DNA from: Trichosphaerium sp. ATCC 40318
Lineage: Eukaryota > Protista > Tubulinea
DNA: 64,000 nt
Assembly: GCA_038496445.1 (NCBI GenBank)
Contig: JALMLS010000257.1
Location: 1-64,000, forward strand
Direction of reading: 5' to 3'
Positions 23,799-34,639 of the stretch are shown here, in pieces (position 1 is the stretch's first letter; each line of letters begins with the position of its first letter). The notes below the pieces were generated by a model that was not told where the DNA came from, did no database searches, and was given only the letters and a program-made list of their open reading frames with translations. A program made the translations under genes and the position numbers.

Positions 23799-26082
23799 AT
23801 GAACAAAAAAAAAAGAAACCCTTGTATTTAGTATTAAACAATGTACAGTAAGCCTGATAGTGTATCTATCGCGGTAAAAAGTAAAATAAAAAACGTAGAT
23901 TTGTAAAAAAAAGAGTTTACGTTAGTTTTTCTCAAATTGACTCTACAAAATAAGAAATTACTTAATTTACGCGTGTAGTAATTAATTATTGTAGTTTCTG
24001 TCGATTTTGTCGCATTTTTTTCCTTCGGCCATTTTTACGAGTTGTTACTGTTTTTTTTTCAAACGAAAACGCGCAAATACGGCTCACAGTACGCTAAAAA
24101 CGTATTAGAGTCGGTTATTGTACAGGTAAAAAAGAAATCGCCAAAACAAAAAAAAAAGCATTTTTGCGTAAACGCTTTCGAGTTCCGGCAATGTAAAATA
24201 CGCTACGTACGTTCCTAACGCAAACAGAGGTAGTAGGGCTAACCGGAAATGAATTCTAACCTTCATAAAACAATAATTTACAAAAACGCCTTTAAACGCA
24301 CCGCGACGCAATAAAAAAAATACCTGCCCGATAAACTCGCCCTTCGGAGTAAAAATCTTTTGGAAAAGCAACCAAAACGAAGTGAAAATTTTTTTACGCT
24401 TTCTGACTCTTTTATTACGTGTTAACAAGTCTGCATATACGATATAATACGGTTATAAATAATTAAAATACGTACAGAGGCTAAATATCTTAAAAAGGAA
24501 AAAAAAACCACCCAAAAACTTCTTCGACGGCCTTGCGGATAAATTCACTTACCCGCTTCATTTTCTTTCAAAAAAAAAAAAAAGAAAAGTTACGTAAGTT
24601 TAGACAAAACGTTCGTTCTGTCGTAATCGAGCCACCAAAAAAAATCTCCTTTTATGTATACTATTCCTCACAACCTTATCTCCCTGTGACTAATAATAAC
24701 AGTTAAATAACGTAATAAGGATAATAAATATAGAGGTTTTTTCTAATGTCAATGACAAATTGTTTTCGAAGTTCTTTTTTTTTTTTCGCATTGAAACGCG
24801 TTTAAACGGTTTTAAAACAAACATTGGAAGTTTTTTTGTTGAAATGGTAGTGCGTTAATCCTTTTTATAGATTCAGATGCTTCGCTCTGTATCTTTTTTT
24901 GGTTTGTCACAATAACAATGTATTCACCACACTCATGAGAAGTAGGTCACATCCATTGTATTAATTTGGTTTTGTTGACAAAAAAATCAAGTTTTTTTCT
25001 AAAAGAGGTTTTTTTCCGCTGTGTGCGAAAATATCTTGCAACCTTCGGTTCTCTGGGCATAAGCAGTTCTAAAACTAAAATTTAAGAACTCTTTATGCGC
25101 TCAGGAACAAGTTCTAAATCATAAAAAAAATCGTGAAACTCGAGTTTTGTTTTCGCGCACTTTTTGTACGTTCTGGTCGTAAAACCCCAAATTGTGGGAA
25201 AACGCGCGTTCTTTTGTAGCATTGTGATGTGCAATGGGCTGAATGTAAATTTACCTAAATATAAATTCGTACGTACCATCTCAGTGGCCATTTTTACGCG
25301 CTCCGTTCAGGGTTTCCTCAAAGATACTGCTTTAGGACAGCGTGGTCCTTTTTTGCGTCTTGAGTTTTTTATAGCTTCTAAGGCCACCAACCGCTCTATA
25401 ACACCTCGCAATCGTTCAGCTGTTTGGTTTTATGCAACGACGAGGGTAGTTCGGAGCATTTGGATGTATCCTTTCTCTTTTTCTTCTCTGATAAAAGTTC
25501 AGAAAACTATTCTCACCTCCATTGCACCTAATAATTATTTTAACAAAGTCTATGAGTCATACATTCAAAAAAGGTTACCCACCACAGAACTGCAGACGGT
25601 AAAAATAACCCTTTTTGCAGACTTTGCGTACTATGCACAGGTGCTACATGTAGAGCATTTTTTATGAACCTAGTTAACTGGAATTAACAACCACAGCCAA
25701 TCTGTGTGAGCGTTCACGGAGTAGTACTTAGAACAAAGAACTCTGCCACGTATTATTCAAGAGAACTCGGTCAATAGGGCTGGTTCTTTGTCCGAATTAC
25801 CAACTGTTGACTGATGTGGACTTTGAACTTTTCGAAATATTTAGTTTGTTGCGTCTTAGTTCCGGTTTCCAAGTCTGCTTCCCAGACATATGCAACAGAA
25901 AAGACTACTAAGTATGTATGTACAACTAAACCTTACAGTACTACACCTTGAATTCACGTGTAAGCTCAACGGATATATTTTTGCCATAAACAGTTTATTT
26001 TTTGTTGAAGTTGCTTTCTTCTCTTTAACAATTACAGCAATCAATAGCATTCATAAACGTAATATACTTCTTCATCAAACGT

Positions 26083-26159
26083 AAACAAACAGTTATTGTA
26101 TATCAAGACACACCACGCTTGAAATTAAGTTTTACAGTGCATCCATCATAAGTTTGTTC
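26083..26159 (-). promoter_or_regulatory. SECIS element (type II) in the 3' UTR of the GPx fusion gene
   Basis: Minus strand reads AACAAAC-TT-ATGAT-GGATGCACTGT-AAAA-CTT(aatttc)AAG-C-GTGGTGTGTCT-TGAT...GTTTGTT. This gives helix I, the AUGA/UGA core, an 11-bp helix II (several G-U pairs), unpaired AAA and an apical mini-stem. Confidence 0.85.
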
Positions 26160-26438
26160 TCCGTTTTTTTTTTTGTTTTTGAAAACAAAAAAGTGAGAAA
26201 GAATGATTTTCTTCTTAACTTATCATCTAACCCTGCTGTTATTTGATAAGTTTCTTGCAGAATTCACAATGGTATATATTTAATAAATCTAGTGAAAGTG
26301 TAAGTAACGAAGAAAGAAAAGAAACGAAGAAGTAAACAAACAAAAAATTGGTTTGCATTTTAGAACTTTCATATTTATGGTCTATGTTGCTAACGTACGA
26401 TATTAAATATACTGTGAGTAGCAACAACAACATCTTGT

Positions 26439-28889
26439 CTATAGATTACTCTGCAATAAAATGTTAGAAAGAACGTATAAAGTCTAGAAAATGCAAAATA
26501 TCTTCGTTTGACAATACCTTCTTCTCAGAATCTTCAGAGTCTTCCTTGGCACTTTTGTTAGTGCTTGGAGGTACTGGCTCTTCCAATAATAATTTAATGG
26601 TCTTGACAAGCTTCAAAGGCTTCATAGGAGGACTGTAACGCTTTACTGGCTTTCCACTTCTATCAATAAGAAATTTTGCAAAGTTCCATCGAATGGTACT
26701 ACCCAGTGGTCCTGAAAGGTTCTTTTTAAGGTATCTATAAAGAGGATGGGTGTTTTTTCCATTCACATCAATCTACAAACAACCACGTGAGAAATAAATC
26801 AAACCAGAAAAAAATGACAAAATAAAAAGGCGTTTCTCTTTCACATGTGACGGCTAAATATTGTCCCGTATTACTATAAAAAGCATCTCGGAAGTAATAC
26901 GACAGCTCTGTGATAGTTTTTTTTTTGTAAAACTGGGAAGAATCTTTTTAAAACATACCTTGCTGAATAACTGAAAAGTAACATTCCATTTTGCACTAAC
27001 TTCTGCCTTGATTTCGGCTTCTGGTTTAGGTTCTTGTTTACCAAACTACAAGAAAAATTAGCCAGTCTCACCCCAAGCATAGAAAAACAACAGAGCTTAT
27101 ATATCACGTGACAGCATCATATTGGAAAAAAATTTACTTACTTGGTTGCAGGGAAACGCAAGAATCTCCAACCCACTTTCTCCGTATTCTTCATAAATAC
27201 TTTGAAATTGCGTATAGTGGGCTATGCAAGAGTCAAACAAGGAAAACAAGACAACAAAAGTTTTTACAACTTTGGTAAGGTCGGAAAATCCAACGAATAC
27301 ATACCTGGGGTTAGACCTCAGTAGGTCGCAACGTTCGTTATAATGCAAACTTTACCCTTTTAGGTTCATGAGTTTAAAACAATTATAAAATAAATGTACT
27401 TTGTATTTGCTTAACGAAACGTTGTTACCATCAATATCGAGTGCCTCGAAGTCATATATAGAGTCCGCTGACATTTGTGCGGATGTGGACTACAAAGAGT
27501 GAGCAAAAAGTTCTCAAGGGCAAAGAAGTGCGTACGTTTTCTTCAGCGAATTTGACGCCAACTTCTGCCAAGGCACTTAACCACTCTTCTTGTTCAGACG
27601 TGCTTGATGCGCAGATACTATGCTTTTTCCTTTTTTTACCTAATCACGTATTTTATATTAGTACAAACTCGAACACACGTGACCAAACGACATTAAACAA
27701 AATAAAATATAGTAAAAACCTGAAAATTTGAGACTAAACTAAAGCGCTTACCTTCTCTAACAGTCCAACAATATTCTCCTTTCTTACACTCACAATCAGC
27801 GCCAATCAAATCAGTGTTATTAAGATTGATAAGAGACTTAGGTGACGTAGACTAGACGCAAAAAACAGTAAGAACGTAGCAAAGTATTTCCGAAGAAAAA
27901 AAAAATGGGAGGAAAGGGAGAAAAAAAAATCCGATAGTTCTGCCCAAGAATTACTTCTAGCACTACCGCGACGCGAAAAAAGTTGATACAATCCGTTTGT
28001 AGTAAAAAAAAATGAGAAAGTAAAGTACCAGTTCAGACTCAAAGAAGTATAGATGCTTCTTTTGTTTATCCAATACAGCGTAACGCTCACTCCAGAATAG
28101 GATACCTTTTTTCTTTAGTTTACCTGCTCTTGAGATGACTTCGCCTAAATTTAATTAGAGAAGGGTTACAGTACAAAAAGTACTACGGAACGACATGCTA
28201 TGAAGTAGTAGAAACGTTATGGAAGGTAAAGAAGGCTCAAAACCGACAACAAGACAAGCTATTTAAATTTCCGTCCGAAGAGGCAGACAGCTTTTCAATG
28301 TTGTTATTTAAACGTACTTTTCTTAAGAGAAGCTACAGAGGGACCTCTCTTTGCGTCTGTATCATCCTCCTATAACTCAGGTAAGTTTTAGAGTTTTAAT
28401 GAGTAAATTAAAAAGTCAGAGAGCCTGGTTATCTTACGTTGAACCGATAAAATAGTTCCTCGTTCTTAAAATTATGAGCGTCTTTAACGTGGTGGAGCAA
28501 ATCAGCGTCCATCATCATTTGTCCTTTTGACGTTATTTTAGTAAACGAAAACCGCCTAAACAACGTACCTAGCGAAACTGCGAGGTTTGCATCCTCTGCA
28601 AAGCCGTGCGTGACCAACCAAGCTACACCTTCGGTTCCTGTTGTTTAAAATGTTATTTATTGCTTTGCAGTACTGTTGACGTGCCAATAAAACACTTTGG
28701 GTTCTTTTGAAGATGGTATCTTCTATCTTTAATGGAAACGCCATCAATAGGGTCGCGCATCTATCAACATGGTTATCGAGTGAACTAGACAATTATACTT
28801 ACTTTATCTACAATACTCTGAAAAAATGCCTCCGTCATCTCTTTGGTGGAGGTAAAATCGGCCTCATCAGAAGCCTGATCCTCTTCCAT
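26439..28889 (-). CDS. DEP domain + PH domain + selenocysteine glutathione peroxidase fusion, multi-exon
   Basis: DEP: GVSIKDRRYHLQKNPKCFIGTEGVAWL...LLHHVKDAHNFKNEELFYRF. PH: WSERYAVLDKQKKHLYFFESE...SASSTSEQEEWLSAL. GPx: SIYDFEALDIDG..., NVATY-TGA-GLT (TGA at 27320-27318), LAFPCNQFG, IRWNFAKFLIDRSG. Confidence 0.85.
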
Positions 28890-29143
28890 TGTTAACGGAA
28901 GGAAGACGTAATACAAATATACCGACGGTCGCTATTTCCCCAATTAAGTCAAGTGTGCCAAAATTGTTATCCATGACGTTTAATGACACTATTAGTATTT
29001 GTGATACACGGCAATCAGTGGTTGAGTCTTGCATGGCAAACGTTAAAAAAAAAAGACTCAAATAAAGCTAAGGCATCGAGCAATACCCTTAAAATGCTGT
29101 TGTATTGGTGTATTAGCGTGTGAGAATTGCTATGACTCATTAA

Positions 29144-30333
29144 CTCTTTACCTGTAACAAAAAAAAAAGTTACCTGTAACAAAATTGTCCCATACATATT
29201 TCTCAGCGCCCTCTTTTCAACTTTCTCTGATATGAACATAATCCGTCCCAATCATGGTTGTAAGTGTGAGGCGCACACCATAATGAATTTAGCATTTGCC
29301 AACAAAGCTGTCGAATCAATTAACTGATCCCAATTTTTCCATTTTTTTCGCTAAGTGTTTATAATTTTAGATTTATATTCCATCTTTTGACCACACACCA
29401 CTATGTTAAGCTTCTACGTGTTGTAGTGAATGACATGCAATAATAAAATCTATAAATGGAATGTTTTATAATGGTAATGGAGTTGGGTCACATTGCAAAA
29501 ATTACTTAGAAATTTTTTCTTGTTTTTTTCAAATTTGTCACATGTGGTATGCTGACTCTTGAATTTAAATTGTACTAAATTCTATTTCTAGATGGTATAT
29601 ATAGCTCATATACAAGCTTTAAAGTTGAATTTTGAATACGAATTAGCTACCAGCACGTCCAGAAAATGTATTTTTGTGATATTTGCATGTTTTTAAAACG
29701 CTGTTTTTGTGCTACAATTCAACACGTGTTCAAAATTTCAACTATGAACATTGACCACACACTGTATTGTTCGTTCTCAAAAAACTTTTTTGGAGTACAA
29801 AGTACAACATTGCTGCCAAAAACTGTGTTTTTTTGTTCGCTCCAAATTTTGTTTCCCAAAGTGTTTGGATAAAATTATCCAACGTACTACACTTTATCAA
29901 GTGTCTAGGTAGTGTGAAGATGTACTGGCCTCGGTATTAGTGGTAAGGGGTACAATTAAACAAATATATATCATTAAAACTCGATAAAGTTAACCAATGA
30001 CCATGACAAGGCTTGCTATTATCTTTCCAGCGCCTAAAATTCGTGTTATGTTACTTTTAGCGTAGTTTACGCTTGTGTTAGCTTATTTTAACGGTTTTTT
30101 GTAAACCTTGCTGTAAGCGGTATTATACGTTTATTAGGCGCTAAAAAATCAGATGCTGTGCGTATTTACGCTAGTGTTAAACAGTGTATCAGATTAGGGT
30201 TTATTCTGCTTATTTGCACTTTTGCGTGGCTACAATAGGTAATTAACATTGTTTTAAGGTCATTTTAGTGGTCAATAGTGAGTTTTGTTGAAACATGTTA
30301 CAGGTAATTTTTTTTTTTGTTACGGATAACGAG
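29144..30333 (-). mobile_element. Non-autonomous, decayed piggyBac-related element A (1190 bp), ATTAA direct repeats
   Basis: Left end CTCTTTACCTGTAAC-A10-GTTACCTGTAACA; right end TGTTACAGGTAA-T11-GTTACGGATAACGAG. ATTAA at 29139-29143 and 30334-30338. Patchy internal similarity to element B in inverted orientation. Confidence 0.85.
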
Positions 30334-30375
30334 ATTAAGAATATTTTCATGCTCGCAAAACTGATTACACGCACA

Positions 30376-32247
30376 ATGGCCGAACAAACTCCACAATACG
30401 CAAAGTCGTTTGACATTAAAGACGTTGAAGGTTATGTAAAATACTTTAACGAGGTTTGTACACTTTATTACGCAATGTACCTCAAAATTATCGCTAAGAA
30501 ACACTAGAATGGATATGTGGTTATTGGTACAATTTTGTGGTAAATTACGCCTGTTTAACTCTATAGATAACGTAATCACGGAAGAAGCGTCTCGTATATC
30601 TAAGGACGAAATGTGGGCATATATAAAGCATAAATCGCAAGGTACACGCAAAAAAACGCTTTAGTCTAACAAAATTACAGGCAAAGTGGACAGAAATGAC
30701 TCTAAGACATGGTTGAATGATATTTGGCCAAGAGACATTTGTAGAAACGGAGGTGAGAGCAAACTGTTATTTTCTTGTTTTTTTCCTCACATTCAAAGAA
30801 TTCCATGTTTACGTTTAACTAGGCTTCATGGGTCGATTTCCATACATGAAACGTATTAATGTTGCAAAAGAGCTAATACCAGAGCAACCACAGGTTAGTA
30901 CTATCAAAGATAAGCTTAGAATAATCTATGTTGTAAACATTTGGTTAGGCTTGGAAAAATCGCGAAAATCCGCTTGTATATGAAGCCTTTGCTAATGTAA
31001 TGGCAAACAAAAAGCTATGGGTATCCATAGATAGATATGGAGTTATGAGACCAACCGAAATAGGTCAAGGTATGCAATAAACAGAAAAATAGCATCAACT
31101 ATAAAAAAAAGTTTCACGTCGCTTCAACTCATTTTTTGTCACAAAGAAATTGTTGGTTCCAAGGATGAGACCTTACAAGAAGACTGGGCAACAAAAAAAG
31201 ATTGGTTACATTGGGATTTGTCACCTTTCCATTATGCAACATCAGCTGCAGGTTAGTGTCACAGTGTGCTTATTATCTAAAACAAAAAAAACTAACTCGT
31301 AGAAATAATTATAAACTTTTTTGGCTCTATGAGCTACCAGTACTCTTTCCTGGTATTTAAGTTTTTAGGATTTGCACCACGTGATGTTCCAAAAGACAAA
31401 CTAGCAGAATCATATGGCAGTAGACGTGTACAGGGTCTTATAACGCTAACTGATTGCAAGTCCATCAATGGAGGATTTCATTGTATTCCAGGATTCCATG
31501 GTTCGTTTGGAGCACTACTGTTGAGATAATGTTAATAATAAATATAGGAAAGAGATTTGAACAATGGGGTAAAGATAATGCAAAGAGGTATAGAGCACAA
31601 ACCGAATAATAGCTCTCATGTTTTTTTTTCATGTTTTTTTATTGGATACTGCTGTATCTTTTATAGTGGCCTACCGGCCAGTAGTTTACTTATATTCATT
31701 TTTTAGTTATGGTTCAGATAAGAGAGTATATAATAGAAACTTTGTAGAAGTACCTGATGATGATCCAATGCGTAAAGAGTGCACTCAAGGTTTGGAAAAA
31801 AAAAACTGAACGGAGAATTGATTTGTCTTACTTTAGTATTTAGTACCAATGCGTGAACGCTCCCTTCTCATATGGGATAGTCAGTTACCACATGGTATGT
31901 AATAAAGCCTACCTCAAAAGAGAATGTTAAAATGAGTTATCACACAGCGAGCTGACTTATTTTTTTTAAAGGTAACTTTCCAAATCACAGCAAGCAGTTC
32001 AGAATGGTTCATTACATAAAGATGATACCAGCAGACGATCCTCGCGAGTTCCAACCTGTATTTCATTATACTAAAGCTGACCCTAAAGAGTGGTTTGGCG
32101 ATAAATATACGCCTTCTCCACTTGGTGTACGAACGGATTTTTAGTTGCTGTTTTTTTTTTTATGCGGAAATCAATGTGCTGCTGAACTAATGTTTGTTAT
32201 CGTAGGAAAAACTCTTTGGTTTGAAAGAATGGACAGAATCTTCTTAA
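30376..32247 (+). CDS. Phytanoyl-CoA dioxygenase (PhyH)-like 2OG-Fe(II) oxygenase, multi-exon
   Basis: YFNE|NGYVVI, LWVSIDRYG, WLHWD (HxD), RVQGLITLTD...GGFHCIPGFH, LLIWDSQLPHG|NFPNHSKQFR. Confidence 0.8.
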
Positions 32248-32633
32248 GGGCTCTTAAAGAGTATTGGTTTTATTTACACGCTTAACATTTGAGTTGTTAA
32301 CTTGGAAGTGACAAGGAATGAACGACGGCGTCGGTCGCAGATTGTCAAATAAAATTATGCATCAGGACGTGAGCGTTTGTAATGCCCCACCAAATCCCTT
32401 ACTTAGGTACTGGTGTTACTCCGTTAACAATTGAAGGTTTCTTTAACAACTTGTACTTGTACACAACGTATTTTGTTTTACGCGTACAATAGTGTTTCTG
32501 ACGATGGAGCAAGCGTTGGTTGTATCAACTTTTAACCTTTAACGCCAACAGAGCACCTTAAACCGTGCTGTAAGTAGAACTGTTAATATTTCTACCAAGG
32601 TACAGACTCAAAGCCATCAGTGAGAAGTATTAA

Positions 32634-34168
32634 CTCGTTATTCGTAACAAAAAAAAAAATTACGCGTAACAAATTTTAATAAAAACCCCTGTTGACCATG
32701 ACAACATTAATACCACTACATTGGTTACCTATTCCAATAGTTTAAAAGTTGCTTCACGCAAATTAAAACCCAAACCGTTACACAATCATGAAATCGCGTA
32801 AAAGCCGTGCTGCTATGCGTCAATTACTGCTTGACAATGCAGCCGGATGCAGGAGCAGGCGATAGCCTAAAATCGCTAAAATATCGTGCACTCAGACATA
32901 AAACAAGCTAAAAGCCAACAGGAAGAGACAAATGCAAATGACAGAGCAGAGTGAAAAGCTAAACAAAGTTATCGATGAAGGTTGGCGAGTGTTGACATAT
33001 GAGCAAATTTTCCTTCCCCCGAAATTGAGCACATCTCTAAACCCAGTAGCAAAACTGGGAGTTCCAATACAATGCAAAGAAGTGTTTGAGTGGTTGGTAA
33101 TAAGTCAGAATTAATTGATAGACTTTTAAAGGCACGTGATCCTACTTTTGAAAACAGCTTTAATATCCATACTAAGCTAGTTTTTGGGGCTGTTCAGCTG
33201 TGATACATTCATTTTATACAACTCACTTTGATGTTGTTGATCATGCTAATCAAACTAAATGGAGTACTTCAATGCCTGGGCAGTGTATAGAGCAAAACTA
33301 TCGAATGACTGTGGGAATTATGAAAATGACAATTACATCCCCCGTGGCCATCACAGATTACAATATAGTATCAAAGTGTCCTGACCATGGTCAAATACAT
33401 CTTGTACTTGCAAAGGCCTTGTTTTGTGGTGATGTTTATAATTCTGAATAAAGTGTATTTTTTTTTTGTTGGACACCCAAAAAACAATCCAAAAAATGCT
33501 TTCACCAATAGGTAACTTTAAAAAAGATGGTGTTAGTTGAAGGAGATGCTGTATTTCAGACGATCAAATGATCAATATTGACTAGGTGCACAATATTAGC
33601 ATAAAAATGAATTGCTACATACACACAAAAGAGACAAAAAACTATTTTCTGAACCTGTTTGTAGCTAACTGTAACAAACCTTTTACATCTAGCACTCATA
33701 TATAAGCAATATAAAGATGTTAGAAAGTGAAATTACTAAAAAATTTATTCAAGAGTCTGTGTAGTACATGCGACAACTTTGCAAAAATCAAAAAAAACAA
33801 TCTCAACAATTTTTGAGGTGTCTGTCAATTCTGTCATTACACTAAAAAACTTCAAGTTTAATGAGGTTTGTTTAATACCATTCTATTTTATGTGTTGTAT
33901 ATATAAACAACAATGCTTGGACAAAAGATGGAATATTATTGCAAACTTTATAACAAATACCGAAAAAACCCACTAAAATTGGAATCAGTCAGCTGACAAT
34001 GCTGGCTTGTTCACAAATTCCATGATTGCATCAAAGTATATCCTGCACTTGTAGGCATGATTAAAACGTATATGGCGTTTCTCAAAAAAAAATAAAACAA
34101 GGACACTGAGTCACTTGCCCAGGAAAAATTTGTTACGCGTAACTTTTTTTTTTGTTACGCGTAATGAG
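32634..34168 (+). mobile_element. Non-autonomous, internally deleted piggyBac-related element B (1535 bp), ATTAA direct repeats
   Basis: Left end CTCGTTATTCGTAAC-A11-TTACGCGTAACAAATTTT; right end AAAATTTGTTACGCGTAAC-T10-GTTACGCGTAATGAG. ATTAA at 32629-32633 and 34169-34173. Contains transposase remnants. Confidence 0.9.
32788..33451 (+). pseudogene. Internally deleted transposase pseudogene homologous to 9899..11959
   Basis: EGWRVLTYEQIFLP vs NGWKVLPDSKIHLP; GNKSELIDRLLKARDP vs GNRQALINRLTNATNP (SAP); IHSFYTTHFDVVDHANQ vs LHDFYNHTFSAIDKANQ; RMTVGIMKMTIT vs RMTLGLLKLTLT. Stops and frameshifts present; the central catalytic region is deleted. Confidence 0.85.
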
Positions 34169-34639
34169 ATTAAACGTTTCACTCCAAATGTATTTCTGTG
34201 CAAACTTTATTCTACCCTCAGATGGGTAGAGTATTACCATGTTAAAATAATCGGCTTTGGGCTTTCGTATTACTTGCCGTACTTGACCATCACGTGTATG
34301 CCATTCAAAAAAAGTCTTGTGAATGTCACCTGTTCTTCGCACGTGTGGGAATCTTTGAAATATGCCACTTCAAAATCACGTGTCGGATACAATTTCGTCA
34401 ACAGTTGTGCTTATATTCTTTTAGAAATATACAGACATAACACCAATAGCAACGCTTCTTAATGTTTCTTAACGCAATAAATTTAACTCTATTCATACTC
34501 ACATTACAAGTGGCATTGGTATATACACAACCAAGTTGTCAGAACGTACTCAACTGGCCGAGTGATCCTAGAAGACCTAATCTGTACGTTCTTGCAACAT
34601 AACTCATAGACAATTTCTCTAACGGTTTGTGCTAGAGTC

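Noticed and set aside
25164-25667. 167-aa ORF
   Set aside because: TTG start, no recognisable motif, and composition like non-coding DNA.
27318-27320. GPx as a pseudogene, or a reassigned UGA genetic code
   Set aside because: The TGA is exactly at the catalytic position and a SECIS is present. Trp is TGG in the long ORFs examined, so there is no sign of general UGA reassignment.
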